Shown: positions 37,409 to 47,982, numbered from the stretch's first letter. The stretch is 64,000 nucleotides of DNA from Candidatus Omnitrophota bacterium (GCA_013286575.1 JABDFL010000001.1:9905-73904); one strand, 5' to 3'. The notes: generated by a model not told the origin, from the sequence alone. Program-made: numbers and translations.

Positions 37409-38698
37409 ATGAATATTTTAGTGATAGGCTCCGGCGGGCGGGAACATGCGCTGTGCTGGAAAATCAAACAGTCTCCTCAGGTCAAGCGGCTTTATTGCGC
37501 GCCGGGAAACGGCGGCATTGCCCAAATTGCCGAATGCGTGGATATTAAGGTTGATGATGTCCCATTGCTTTTGCAATTTGCCTTGCGCAAACAAATTGAC
37601 CTGACCATTGTCGGCCCTGAAGCCTCTCTGGTTGCCGGTGTGGTGGATGCCTTTGCAGCCAAAGGGTTAAAAATTTTCGGTCCTTCTAAAGCCGCATCCG
37701 CACTTGAAGGCAGCAAGGTTTTCGCCAAAGAATTTATGCACCGCCGCAATATCCCGACAGCTGTATATAAGGTTTTTGATGATGCGCCCAAAGCTCTGGT
37801 TTTTTTAGAAAAAGCCCAGTTTCCTTTGGTCATTAAGGCCGACGGCATTGCTGCCGGCAAAGGCGTTTATGTTTGCGCGGACCTAAAAGAGGCAAAATTG
37901 GCCATCGATGAGATCATGGTCCAAAAAATATTCGGCGCGGCAGGGGACAGGATAGTCATTGAAGAATGCCTGCAAGGCCCGGAAGTATCGGTCCTGGCTG
38001 TCTGCGACGGCAGGCATTTTCTGGTTTTGCCTACAGCGCAGGACTATAAACGTATTTTTGATGATGATCTGGGCCCCAACACCGGCGGCATGGGAACGTT
38101 TTCTCCGAGCCCTTTGGTCACTGCTGAAGTTTTAGACCAGATCATCACCCGGGTCATTGAACCAACCATCCGCGGCATGTATCAGGAAGGGAACCCTTTT
38201 AAGGGCGTTCTTTTTGCGGGATTGATGTTGACTTCCGACGGCCCCAAAGCCCTGGAATTCAATGTGCGCTTCGGCGACCCTGAAACCCAATGCATCCTGC
38301 CGCGCTTGAATGGTGATATTGTGGACATATTCCAGGCGGCCTGCGATGGAGAGCTTAATGCCATAGAAGTCAAATGGGATGAATATTCCTGCGTATGCGT
38401 TGTGATCGCCTCAGGCGGTTACCCGGGAAAATATCAAAATGGATTTCCCATCAACGGCCTGGATAAGATCAAGGATGAAGAAACGGTTGTTTTTCATGCA
38501 GGCACTAAGAACGACGGCGGGGTCTTGGTCACCAATGGCGGCCGTGTCATGGGGATTGCCGCCCTGGGGGAAGGCCTTGAAGCCGCCCGTACAAAAGCGT
38601 ATAATGGCGTCAGTAAATTATCGTTTGACCACATGTTCTTTCGCCGGGACATCGCCAGCAAGATCCTGAAAGAAAAACCTGCTTATGGGCACAACTAA
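37409..38698 (+). CDS. purD: Phosphoribosylamine-glycine ligase
   Basis: GSGGREHA, LEGSK, GPNTGGMG, EFNVRFGDPE. Confidence 0.96.
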   Translation: MNILVIGSGGREHALCWKIKQSPQVKRLYCAPGNGGIAQIAECVDIKVDDVPLLLQFALRKQIDLTIVGPEASLVAGVVDAFAAKGLKIFGPSKAASALEGSKVFAKEFMHRRNIPTAVYKVFDDAPKALVFLEKAQFPLVIKADGIAAGKGVYVCADLKEAKLAIDEIMVQKIFGAAGDRIVIEECLQGPEVSVLAVCDGRHFLVLPTAQDYKRIFDDDLGPNTGGMGTFSPSPLVTAEVLDQIITRVIEPTIRGMYQEGNPFKGVLFAGLMLTSDGPKALEFNVRFGDPETQCILPRLNGDIVDIFQAACDGELNAIEVKWDEYSCVCVVIASGGYPGKYQNGFPINGLDKIKDEETVVFHAGTKNDGGVLVTNGGRVMGIAALGEGLEAARTKAYNGVSKLSFDHMFFRRDIASKILKEKPAYGHN

Positions 38699-39752
38699 GG
38701 TCCTCAAAGTCAACTCAGCTTTGCCTGAACCGGAAAAAATCGCCGAGGCGGCCCGCATCGTGCGCCAGGGTGGTTTGGTTGTTTTTCCGACGGAGACCGT
38801 CTATGGCATTGCCGCGGATTCCAATAATCCCAAGGCCATGGACCGCCTGCGCGCGGTCAAGAAACGCACGGACGGCAAGCTTTTTTCCATTTTGGTGGCC
38901 CAGCGGGGGATCATTGAGAATTATTCGACCTACACGCACCCGAATTTATACAAGGTGATCGATAAATATTGGCCCGGGCCTTTGACGGTGATCGTGCCGG
39001 CCCGGCACGAAGGGGAAACGATCGGCATACGCATGCCGGACCATACCGTGGCCCTGCGCCTGGTGGAAGAAAGCGGCTGCACCATTGCCGCCCCGTCGGC
39101 AAATTTGGAGGGCAAAAAGCCCCCGAACAATTGCCATGAGGCCCTGGAAGACCTGGATGGCTTGGTCGATTTGGCTTTGGACGGCGGCCCGGTGGATTTC
39201 GGGATTTCTTCAACGATCCTTGATTTCACCCAGACGCACCCGACGGTCACCCGTGACGGCGTCATCACCCAGCCGGACGTGGACCGCACCATCAACAAGA
39301 AATGTGTCTTGTTTGTGTGTACGGGAAACAGCTGCCGCTCGGTCATGGCGGAGTATTTGCTTAAAGCCAAGCTGATCGCCCGTGAAGATGTGGAAGTCCA
39401 CTCGGCGGGCACATCCGTCTATTTTAAGTCGGCAGCAAGCCAGGAGACCATCGCGGTCCTAAGGGAGCGCGGGATCAATGCCGCGGCGCATATTTCCAGG
39501 CCATTGGGCAGCATCATGCTTAAAAAATCAGACCTGATTTTTGCCATGACCCGCGCGCACCGCGCCCAGATCCTGGAGCGTGTTCCGTCGGTGGAAAAAA
39601 GGGTCTATCTCTTAAAGGAATTCGGCAATACCCAGCGGGGCTACGAGGCGGATTTGGATGTGCCAGACCCCATCGGCCAGCCGCATGCGGCCTACCAGGA
39701 ATGCCTGTTGACGATTGATGAAGCCATTGAAAAGATTGAAAGATTGCTTTGA
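38685..39752 (+). CDS. tsaC: Threonylcarbamoyl-AMP synthase fused to a low-molecular-weight protein phosphatase
   Basis: FPTETVYG, WPGPLT, APSAN; C-terminal FVCTGNSCRS and DVPDPIG. Confidence 0.88.
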   Translation: MGTTKVLKVNSALPEPEKIAEAARIVRQGGLVVFPTETVYGIAADSNNPKAMDRLRAVKKRTDGKLFSILVAQRGIIENYSTYTHPNLYKVIDKYWPGPLTVIVPARHEGETIGIRMPDHTVALRLVEESGCTIAAPSANLEGKKPPNNCHEALEDLDGLVDLALDGGPVDFGISSTILDFTQTHPTVTRDGVITQPDVDRTINKKCVLFVCTGNSCRSVMAEYLLKAKLIAREDVEVHSAGTSVYFKSAASQETIAVLRERGINAAAHISRPLGSIMLKKSDLIFAMTRAHRAQILERVPSVEKRVYLLKEFGNTQRGYEADLDVPDPIGQPHAAYQECLLTIDEAIEKIERLL

Positions 39753-40228
39753 TGAAAATATTTATCGGTTCAGACCACCGCGGTTTTCAATTAAAGAAAA
39801 AAGTGCATGATGCGCTAAAGGGCCTGGGGCATGAGGTCAAGGACATGGGCACGCATACGGAAAGCACTTCCTGTGATTATCCCGAGATAGCTTTACAGGT
39901 GGCCCGGGAAGTGGTGCGCCATCCCGGCAGCCGCGGGATCCTTTTGTGCATGACCGGCATCGGGCATTCCATCGCCGCGAACAAGGTGCCGGGCGTGTAC
40001 GCGGCCCTTGTTTATAATAAGGAAGCCGCGGCGCTTTCCCGTCAGCACAATGACAGCAATGTTTTGGTCTTGGGGTCCAAATTTGTGGATGAAACCGGGA
40101 TGTTGGAGATCATTAAGATCTGGCTATCAACTGAATTCGAAGGCGGAAGGCATTTGCGCCGCAAAGAACAAATTCAAAATATAGAAAAGGAATTTTCAAA
40201 AAAAGGCCCAATTGCTTCGGAATCGTAA
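39752..40228 (+). CDS. rpiB: Ribose-5-phosphate isomerase B
   Basis: GSDHRG, CMTGIG, AANKVPG, FEGGRH. Confidence 0.93.
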   Translation: MKIFIGSDHRGFQLKKKVHDALKGLGHEVKDMGTHTESTSCDYPEIALQVAREVVRHPGSRGILLCMTGIGHSIAANKVPGVYAALVYNKEAAALSRQHNDSNVLVLGSKFVDETGMLEIIKIWLSTEFEGGRHLRRKEQIQNIEKEFSKKGPIASES

Positions 40229-40240
40229 AGTGGAGATAAT

Positions 40241-41482
40241 ATGAAAGCTTATTTGCAGACAGTTGATCCTCAAATTTATCAGTCCATCCAGCATGAGCTT
40301 AAGCGTCAGAAAAACAATCTTGAATTGATTGCCTCAGAGAACATTGTTTCCCCTGCGGTCCTGGAAGCGGCCGGCAGTGTGCTGACCAATAAGTACGCCG
40401 AAGGTTATCCGGCGGCCCGCTGGTATAATGGCTGTGAATTTGTCGACGAGGTTGAAAGCCTGGCTATTGCCCGCGCCAAAGAGCTTTTCGGCGGGGACCA
40501 TGTCAATGTGCAGGCCCATTCCGGTTCACAGGCGAACACGGCCGTGTACCTTTCTGTGTTGACGCCGGGGGATGTGGTCATGGGTCTGGATTTGGCCTGC
40601 GGCGGGCATTTGACCCACGGCCTGAAGATCAATATTTCCGGACGCCTGTATCGTTTTGTTTCATATAAGGTCGACCCAAAAACAGAGCTTATCGATATGA
40701 ACGAGGTCGAGCGCCTAGCTTTGGAACATAAGCCCAAAATGATCGTGGCCGGTTATTCGGCGTATTCACGGTTTTTGGATTTCAAGCGTTTCCGTGAGAT
40801 CGCGGACAAGGTAGGCGCCTATTTATTTGTGGACATGGCCCATTTCGCAGGATTAGTCGCGGCAGAGTTGTATCCCAATCCCGTGCCGCATGCCCATTTT
40901 GTGACCACGACGACACATAAGACCCTGCGCGGTCCCCGTGGAGGGATGATCATATGCAAGGCGGAGTTTGCCAAGAAAATTGACAGTGCTATTTTTCCCG
41001 GCATCCAGGGCGGCCCTTTGATGCACATTATCGCGGCCAAGGCCGTGGCGTTTAAAGAAGCCTTGACCCCGCAGTTTAAACAATATCAAGCCCAAGTGAT
41101 CGCCAATTCTAAAACCCTGGCTAACGCCTTGGCCTCAAAAGGTTTTCGCATTGTGGCCGGAGGGACTGATAATCATTTGTTTATGGTGGATTTACGGCCT
41201 AAAAAGATCACCGGCAAAGACGCAGCCGCCGTACTCGACCGCGTGCAGATAACCGTCAATAAGAATCTGGTCCCCTTTGATACAGAATCTCCGGTGGTCA
41301 CCAGCGGCATCCGTATCGGAACACCGGCCGTCACCACCCGCGGCATGAAGGAAGCCCAGATGCTTAAAATCGCTGATCTGATCGACCGCTGTGTCATTAA
41401 CCGTGACATAGGAACAGAATTAGAAAAAGTCCGTCAAGAAGTAGAGCATTTAGCTCACGAATTCCCGATCTATACGGATTAA
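40241..41482 (+). CDS. glyA: Serine hydroxymethyltransferase
   Basis: [26 protein letters not shown]. Confidence 0.97.
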   Translation: MKAYLQTVDPQIYQSIQHELKRQKNNLELIASENIVSPAVLEAAGSVLTNKYAEGYPAARWYNGCEFVDEVESLAIARAKELFGGDHVNVQAHSGSQANTAVYLSVLTPGDVVMGLDLACGGHLTHGLKINISGRLYRFVSYKVDPKTELIDMNEVERLALEHKPKMIVAGYSAYSRFLDFKRFREIADKVGAYLFVDMAHFAGLVAAELYPNPVPHAHFVTTTTHKTLRGPRGGMIICKAEFAKKIDSAIFPGIQGGPLMHIIAAKAVAFKEALTPQFKQYQAQVIANSKTLANALASKGFRIVAGGTDNHLFMVDLRPKKITGKDAAAVLDRVQITVNKNLVPFDTESPVVTSGIRIGTPAVTTRGMKEAQMLKIADLIDRCVINRDIGTELEKVRQEVEHLAHEFPIYTD

Positions 41483-41485
41483 AAT

Positions 41486-41980
41486 ATGCGTTGCCCGTCC
41501 TGCGGCTATAAAGGTACCAATGTGATGGATTCGCGCCTCAACAGCGACGGGACATCCATCCGCCGCCGGCGCCAGTGCTCCAAGTGTGAAGAGCGCTTCA
41601 CCACCTACGAGCATATTGAAGAAGTGCCCTTGATGGTCGTCAAGCGCGACGGCCGCCGCCAGCCTTTTGACCGCACGCGCGTGCTCAATGGCCTGATCAA
41701 GGCCTGCGAGAAGCGGCCCATCAGCGTTGAGCAGATTGAAAGCATGGTGGATGATATTGAACATACCATCCGCAAGAAATACGACCGGGAAATTTATTCC
41801 AAAGACATCGGGGAGATGATCATGACCCGTTTGTCCGTTTTAGACGAAGTGGCGTATGTGCGTTTTGCCTCTGTCTACCGCCAGTTCCGCGACGTTAACC
41901 AGTTCATGAGTGAATTACAGACGATCCTGACAAAAAATAAGATCAAAAAGCTTAAAAAGCAGAAAGTTAAAATCAGATGA
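41486..41980 (+). CDS. nrdR: Transcriptional repressor NrdR
   Basis: MRCPSC, IRRRRQC, RFTTYE, VAYVRFASVY. Confidence 0.96.
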   Translation: MRCPSCGYKGTNVMDSRLNSDGTSIRRRRQCSKCEERFTTYEHIEEVPLMVVKRDGRRQPFDRTRVLNGLIKACEKRPISVEQIESMVDDIEHTIRKKYDREIYSKDIGEMIMTRLSVLDEVAYVRFASVYRQFRDVNQFMSELQTILTKNKIKKLKKQKVKIR

Positions 41981-42381
41981 TCCAAGTCGAATTATCCAGA
42001 ATTATCATTGATGAAAAGCGCCAGGACCAGGTGATCGTGCTTAAGGAAAAAGACGGTGAGCGCCAGATCCCCATCGTCATCGGTTTTATGGAAGCCTCCA
42101 GCATCAAGATCAAGATCTCCGGCGTCGACGTTCCGCGTCCCATGACCCATGACCTTTTGGTCGCGGTGATGCAGGTCTTGGGGGCGGGCCTTGAGCGGGT
42201 GATTATTGATAAGCTCGTCAACAACACCTTCCATGCCAAATTGGAAATTAAATCCAAAGACGGCCAGATCAAAACGATCGATTCCCGTCCTTCGGACAGC
42301 ATCGCCCTGGCCGTGCGTTTCAAGGCGCCGATTTTCGTTGCCGATGAAGTCCTGCAAAAATCATCATTGCCCCAATCATGA
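41977..42381 (+). CDS. Bifunctional nuclease family (DUF151)
   Basis: PRPMTHDL, DSRPSDSIALA. Confidence 0.9.
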   Translation: MIQVELSRIIIDEKRQDQVIVLKEKDGERQIPIVIGFMEASSIKIKISGVDVPRPMTHDLLVAVMQVLGAGLERVIIDKLVNNTFHAKLEIKSKDGQIKTIDSRPSDSIALAVRFKAPIFVADEVLQKSSLPQS

Positions 42382-43805
42382 TACCGTTGTTTATTTATTA
42401 TCCTCAACTCTCCCTGGTCCGCGACGCGCTTAAGGGCAGCAAGCGCCGTGTGTTCCTGGTCGGAGGCGCCTTGCGCGATTATTATTTAAACCGCCGCGGG
42501 ACTGATTTTGATTTCGCTGTTGACCAGGGGGCCGTTGCCTTGTCCCGCCGATTAGCCCATCAGCTTAAAGCTGCTTTTGTCCTGCTTGACCGCGAGCATG
42601 GCAGTGCCCGTGTCGTCAAAAAGATAGATGGGGTGGTCTGTACTTTTGATTTCACCGATTGGCGGGGCAGGAGCATTCAAAAAGATTTAAATTTGCGCGA
42701 TTTTACCATTAACGCGTTGGCCGTGGATATTTTTGATAAAGACGCTGGCATCCTGGAGGTCAAAGGGTCCCGGCGGGACCTAAAAGCAGGTGTGGTGCGC
42801 ATGGTTTCCCCCCAGGTCTTTAGAGACGATCCTTTAAGGCTTTTACGCGCCTTTACCCTGCAGGCCACCCTTGGTTTTAAGATGGATGCCGGGACAGGCG
42901 TGCAAATCAAAAAAGACGCGCATTTAATTTCCCTGTCAGCTGCGGAAAGGATACGCGAAGAGATTTTTAAGGTATTGGCTTCACCCCGTGCGGCCGCAAC
43001 ATTATCCGCTATGGATAAGATCGGGCTTTTGCCTCAGGTTATCCCGCAGATCACTGTCATGTACGGTGTCCATCAGGGCGGTTATCATCATTTGGATGTT
43101 TGGCGGCATACGCTTGAAGTGCTTGCAAAGGTTGAAAAATTCATCGAAGAGCCGGGCGCTGATGAGCGCATGAAGGCGTATTGGCACCAGCCTATCGGCG
43201 GAGGGCACACGCGCTATGCGCTTTTGAAAATGGCCGCGCTTTTGCATGACGTAGGAAAACCGGAAACCCGGAAGCTTGAGGCGAAGCGCATGACTTTTCA
43301 CGGCCATGAGCATGCGGGCGAAAGGATAACCCGTCAGGTCGCCAAGCATTTGAAATTATCCGTTAAGGAACGTTTTTTTCTGGAAGATGCGGTAAGGATG
43401 CACCTGAGGCCGGGCTATCTGTCAAATTTCAAACGCCCCAGTGAAAAAGCGATATTCCGGTATCTGCGCGACACGAAAGATGAAGCCGTCAGTTTGGCAG
43501 TTCTGGGTCTGGCAGACCAGGCCGCGACATGCGGCCCCTTGACCACCAAAGCCAAGCATAGGCATCATGCTAAAATCTGCCACATGCTCATCGAACGTTA
43601 TTTTGAACTCAAAGACCGGAAGCCCCGGCAACGCCTGCTCACAGGCCATGATTTGATCAAGGTCCTGAAATTAAAACCTTCAGAGCTGTTTGGAAAAATC
43701 CTCTCCGGCATCGAAGAAGCCGCAGCTTTGGGTAAAATAAAAACAAAAGCCGAGGCACTGAATTTGGCTCGACAAATGAATGTGTCATTGCGAGGAACGA
43801 AGTGA
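42378..43805 (+). CDS. tRNA nucleotidyltransferase/poly(A) polymerase family with HD domain
   Basis: LVGGALRD, DFDF, RDFTINA, DDPLRLLR, LLHDVGK. Confidence 0.88.
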   Translation: MIPLFIYYPQLSLVRDALKGSKRRVFLVGGALRDYYLNRRGTDFDFAVDQGAVALSRRLAHQLKAAFVLLDREHGSARVVKKIDGVVCTFDFTDWRGRSIQKDLNLRDFTINALAVDIFDKDAGILEVKGSRRDLKAGVVRMVSPQVFRDDPLRLLRAFTLQATLGFKMDAGTGVQIKKDAHLISLSAAERIREEIFKVLASPRAAATLSAMDKIGLLPQVIPQITVMYGVHQGGYHHLDVWRHTLEVLAKVEKFIEEPGADERMKAYWHQPIGGGHTRYALLKMAALLHDVGKPETRKLEAKRMTFHGHEHAGERITRQVAKHLKLSVKERFFLEDAVRMHLRPGYLSNFKRPSEKAIFRYLRDTKDEAVSLAVLGLADQAATCGPLTTKAKHRHHAKICHMLIERYFELKDRKPRQRLLTGHDLIKVLKLKPSELFGKILSGIEEAAALGKIKTKAEALNLARQMNVSLRGTK

Positions 43806-43816
43806 CGAAGCAATCT
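43783..43816 (+). repeat. TGTCAT palindromic repeat spanning the gene junction
   Basis: TGTCATTGCGAGGAACGAAGTGACGAAGCAATCT. Confidence 0.88.
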
Positions 43817-44443
43817 TTTTACAGGCTCCCCGACACCGTTTTTAGCATTAAAGGCAATGCTTCTCAATTCTTAAATGGGATCACTTCCAATACATTGGAC
43901 GCATTGCTCAATGCCTTTTTAAACCAGCATGGCCGCATCATCGCCACCTTTCGCCAGCAAAAAATCAGCGACGATGAATTCCTGATCAGTGTGCCTGTCA
44001 TCGCCGTGGATAATCTATTAAAACACCTGGATCGTTATGCCCGGCTGAGCCACACCCGGATAGAGCAGTCCACTCAGGGTTCTTATATGGATTTGGACAC
44101 CGCCAAAACCGTATGGTCATCACAGCCCCAGACTAACAGTATCAGCGATGAGGAGTTTACACTTTTTCGTCTTGACCATAATATCCCGTTGATGGGTGTT
44201 GATTATCAGGCCGATGAATTTATACTCAACGTGCATGAGTTTGATTATGTTTCTTATACCAAAGGCTGTTTTTTAGGCCAGGAGCCTGTGGCCAAGGTGC
44301 ATAACCGCGCCCAACCCGTTCGCCGTCTGATCACCCAATTTGCCGATCAATGCTCCCCGGAAGATGCCGCCAAAATGACTTCCAAGATCCAGGACCCCGC
44401 AACCGGCCGTCTAAAAGGCTTTGTATTTGTAAGCAATAAATGA
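43802..44443 (+). CDS. Short YgfZ/GcvT-like protein
   Basis: KGCFLGQE signature. Confidence 0.8.
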   Translation: MTKQSFYRLPDTVFSIKGNASQFLNGITSNTLDALLNAFLNQHGRIIATFRQQKISDDEFLISVPVIAVDNLLKHLDRYARLSHTRIEQSTQGSYMDLDTAKTVWSSQPQTNSISDEEFTLFRLDHNIPLMGVDYQADEFILNVHEFDYVSYTKGCFLGQEPVAKVHNRAQPVRRLITQFADQCSPEDAAKMTSKIQDPATGRLKGFVFVSNK

Positions 44444-44502
44444 CCGTAAAATTTATTTCCTCACCCTTGCCCCCTATGGGATAACCAGGTATAATTTAAA
44501 AT

Positions 44503-45603
44503 ATGAGGGAAATAACATCTCCGAGGCCGAAGCAATTGGGCCTTTTAATTAATGCCATGCGGCTGTGCTTATCTATCTTTATATTATCTTTTTTATGCTG
44601 GAGTTTTGATGCCGGGGCCCAGGACCAGGTCCCTGGGCAGCAATTTTCATCATCCGTTCCCTCGCAATGGCAAATGACCCTGGATGAGATCAAATCTAAA
44701 GCACAGAACCTGGTCATTCAAAACAACGGGTTACAGGATGAATACCAGGAGTTAATGGAGTTGGCGCAGAAATTACAGCAGGCGATCGCGGACCAGCAAA
44801 GCAAAAATGAACAGATGGCCCGTTTTATACAAGAGCGGCACGGCCAGACAGACCAGCAGCTGCGTATCGGGGAATTGACCAAGAATATCCGGACAAAAAG
44901 CCAGCGAGTCAGCGTTTATGTTCAGCAATTGGAAAATTTAAACAGGAAACAGGCGGGCCTGGAACATAATATCCAGATGATGAAAGACACGATTTCAAAT
45001 ATAGAATTTCATCAGCAGGCAGAAAAGCATGAAGTCCAACCCTCTCAAAATACAGCGCAGCCCCGGGTTGATGATCAGCTGGTCCCATTGCGCAAGCAGC
45101 TTGAAGATAATATTAAGCAGGAAGTCCTTTTGGGGAATGAACTGGGGGCTTTAAAAGCCGGTGATAAAACAAAGAATTTGAATGCAGGCACCGTCGATTC
45201 GGAAAATAAACAGCTTCAGGCCCGTCTGGATGTTTTGCAGTCACAAATGGTACAGCACGAAAAAGAATCTTCGGACGCGCAAATAGCACAGGCCACGGCC
45301 CGTATGTATGATCACCTTAAAAAACGCAAGGATGAGCTTGAGGCCGACATTTATTCTTATGAGTTGCGCATGGACCAGTTAAGGCAATCTTCCTTGCTGG
45401 CAATATCCTGGCAGTTCAAGAAAAAGAAAATCGTCCACGAAATGGTACAGGCAGATGCCCGCAATAATCAGTTACGCTACAAGATCAAAGTATTGCGTGA
45501 GGACATTGGTGTTTTAAAAGACCAGGTGGCCCAATTAGAGCGCCAGGTGAATGCTGCCGGCCAAAGTAAAGATAACTTCGTCACTTTCAAGACTTCTGAG
45601 TAA
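44503..45603 (+). CDS. Exported coiled-coil protein (start may be 44557)
   Basis: Hydrophobic signal segment followed by heptad-rich sequence. Confidence 0.7.
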   Translation: MREITSPRPKQLGLLINAMRLCLSIFILSFLCWSFDAGAQDQVPGQQFSSSVPSQWQMTLDEIKSKAQNLVIQNNGLQDEYQELMELAQKLQQAIADQQSKNEQMARFIQERHGQTDQQLRIGELTKNIRTKSQRVSVYVQQLENLNRKQAGLEHNIQMMKDTISNIEFHQQAEKHEVQPSQNTAQPRVDDQLVPLRKQLEDNIKQEVLLGNELGALKAGDKTKNLNAGTVDSENKQLQARLDVLQSQMVQHEKESSDAQIAQATARMYDHLKKRKDELEADIYSYELRMDQLRQSSLLAISWQFKKKKIVHEMVQADARNNQLRYKIKVLREDIGVLKDQVAQLERQVNAAGQSKDNFVTFKTSE

Positions 45604-45616
45604 TAGGAGGGTTGTT

Positions 45617-45952
45617 ATGTCCAAAGTCCGTCCAAGCCCGTCGACAACAGTGCGCGCCCTGATCGAAGTGTCGATCACGCCCCAAAAAGATGTCGGTTTT
45701 GACAGCATCGCCGAGCGGATCTACAGTTATCCCGAGGTCAAAAGCTGTTATTTGCTCTCCGGCGGTTATGATTTACTGGTGATCGTCGAGGGGGAAAACA
45801 TTCATACCGTGGCGGATTTTGTGGCCGCGAAACTTTCATCCATGGCCAATGTGCGCCAGACAGCCACGCATTTCTTGCTGCGTAAGTACAAAGAAGAAGG
45901 CCAGGTTTTTAAACATCCTAAAAATGAGCGCAGGCAGAACATATCGTATTAA
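45617..45952 (+). CDS. Stand-alone Lrp/AsnC ligand-binding domain
   Basis: GFDSIAERI, LLSGGYDL, TATHFLL; GGAGG RBS; no HTH. Confidence 0.82.
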   Translation: MSKVRPSPSTTVRALIEVSITPQKDVGFDSIAERIYSYPEVKSCYLLSGGYDLLVIVEGENIHTVADFVAAKLSSMANVRQTATHFLLRKYKEEGQVFKHPKNERRQNISY

Positions 45953-45964
45953 GGGATTTATATA

Positions 45965-47116
45965 ATGAGAATTTCCAAACGTGTTGATCAATTGGCCCCC
46001 TCAGGCATCAGGGCTTTTTTTGATTTAGTACTGGGCATGAAGGACGTCATCTCCTTAGGTGTCGGAGAGCCGGACTTTGTTACCCCCTGGCATGTGCGGG
46101 CGCGTGCCATCGAATCCCTCGAACAAGGCTACACCTCGTATACTTCCAACAAAGGCATGATTGAGCTGCGGCGGGACATTGCGGCATTCCTGAAAAAACG
46201 CCACCAGATTGACTATGACCCTGAAGAGGAAATTTTAATTACTGTCGGCGTCAGTGAGGCCCTGGATTTGGCGATGCGGGCCATCCTTAATCCCGGCGAA
46301 AAAATATTGGTTCCCGAGCCCTGCTATGTGGCATATGGCCCGGTGGTGGAATTGGCCGGCGGGGTACCGGTATTCTTAAAGACTTCCGTTGAAACCGGTT
46401 TTAAAGTCACCCCGCAACAGATCGATGAAGCCGCGGGCCGCGGGGTGCGCGGTATCCTGCTTGGTTATCCGTCTAACCCGACAGGCACTTCGTATAACAA
46501 AAAAGAACTGGAAGCGATCAGCCGCGTCGTTAAGAAACACGATATGCTGGTCATTAGCGACGAGCTTTATGATGAGTTAACGTATGATTTTGAACACACC
46601 CCGATGGCCACACTGCCCCAGATGCGGGACCGTGTCATCTATCTTAACGGTTTTTCCAAGAGTTACGCCATGACAGGGTTTAGGATCGGCTATGTTTGCG
46701 GGCCCGCGGACCTGGTAGGCGCCATGACCAAGATCCATCAGTACACCATGTTATGCGCGTCGATCACCGGCCAGATGGCGGCCATTGAGGCTTTAAAGAA
46801 TTCCGCCGCGGACGTGCAGGCCATGAAAAAGGAATATGACCGCCGCCGCCGTTTTATCGTCGGTGCTTTAAATGACATCGGGATGGCCTGCCATATGCCG
46901 CAGGGTGCTTTCTATGCATTCCCGTCGGTAAAAGTGTCAGGGGAGAGCTCGATGGATTTTGCCAAGAATTTATTATTGAAGCAAAAAGTGGCCCTGGTGC
47001 CGGGGGTTGCCTTTGGCCGGTGCTGTGAGCAGTTTGTGCGGATCTCGTATGCGTCAAGCTATGACAATTTGAAAGAAGCTGTCGCCCGCATTGAAAAATA
47101 TTTGAAAAAGAAATAA
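45965..47116 (+). CDS. Class I/II PLP aminotransferase (YugH/AspC-like)
   Basis: SLGVGEPDF, NPTG, SDELY, GFSKSYAMTGFRIG. Confidence 0.92.
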   Translation: MRISKRVDQLAPSGIRAFFDLVLGMKDVISLGVGEPDFVTPWHVRARAIESLEQGYTSYTSNKGMIELRRDIAAFLKKRHQIDYDPEEEILITVGVSEALDLAMRAILNPGEKILVPEPCYVAYGPVVELAGGVPVFLKTSVETGFKVTPQQIDEAAGRGVRGILLGYPSNPTGTSYNKKELEAISRVVKKHDMLVISDELYDELTYDFEHTPMATLPQMRDRVIYLNGFSKSYAMTGFRIGYVCGPADLVGAMTKIHQYTMLCASITGQMAAIEALKNSAADVQAMKKEYDRRRRFIVGALNDIGMACHMPQGAFYAFPSVKVSGESSMDFAKNLLLKQKVALVPGVAFGRCCEQFVRISYASSYDNLKEAVARIEKYLKKK

Positions 47117-47145
47117 TACATTTGTAACCTAAGAAAGGACCATCC

Positions 47146-47559
47146 ATGCGCAAAGATCACGCGCCCAAGATTTCGCGTAAAAAGGAAGACATCGATTTTG
47201 AAATCGCTTTTTATGAAAACATCCTGAAAGACACCCCCCAATTTATAGAGGCCTTGAGCGCCATCGGGGACCTGTATACCAGGGCAGGCCTTTGGCAAAA
47301 GGGCCTGGAAGTGGACATCAGGCTTTCACACCTTCGCCCGGAGGATGCGATCGTTTTTTATAATTTAGCCTGTTCTTATGCCTTGCTCAACCAGACCCGC
47401 GCGGCCCTGGGGGCCTTGACTAAGGCCATTGATTTCGGTTACGATGATTTTGAGCACTTAAAGGGCGATACGGACCTGGATAATCTTCTCAAAGATGAGC
47501 ATTTCCAGCAATACATCAAACAGCTGGAAAAAAAGAAAAAGCCAACCAAGCACCACTGA
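47146..47559 (+). CDS. TPR protein
   Basis: [17 protein letters not shown]. Confidence 0.8.
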   Translation: MRKDHAPKISRKKEDIDFEIAFYENILKDTPQFIEALSAIGDLYTRAGLWQKGLEVDIRLSHLRPEDAIVFYNLACSYALLNQTRAALGALTKAIDFGYDDFEHLKGDTDLDNLLKDEHFQQYIKQLEKKKKPTKHH

Positions 47560-47560
47560 G

Positions 47561-47980
47561 ATGAAACATTATCGTCAAGAGCTGTGGTTCCATACTAAAA
47601 CCCGTCGGGAGTATATCAATATCACAGGCCAGGTCCAGGCGGCCATTGATAAGAGCGGCATCCGGGAAGGCCTCTGCCTGGTCAATGCCATGCATATTTC
47701 CGCCAGTGTTTATATCAACGACGATGAGGGCGGGCTTTTGCAGGATTATGACGCGTGGCTCGAAAAATTGGCACCCCATGCGCCGGTCACCCAGTACAGG
47801 CATAACGATACCGGCGAGGACAACGCGGACGCGCATTTAAAACGCCAGGTGATGGGCCGTGAGGTGGTGGTTGCCGTGACCCGCGGTAAACTGGATTTTG
47901 GCCCCTGGGAGCAGATTTTTTACGGCGAATTCGACGGCCGGCGGAATAAAAGGGTATTGGTCAAGATCATCGGAGAATAA
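47561..47980 (+). CDS. yjbQ: YjbQ/UPF0047 family protein
   Basis: [28 protein letters not shown]. Confidence 0.9.
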   Translation: MKHYRQELWFHTKTRREYINITGQVQAAIDKSGIREGLCLVNAMHISASVYINDDEGGLLQDYDAWLEKLAPHAPVTQYRHNDTGEDNADAHLKRQVMGREVVVAVTRGKLDFGPWEQIFYGEFDGRRNKRVLVKIIGE

Positions 47981-47982
47981 AT

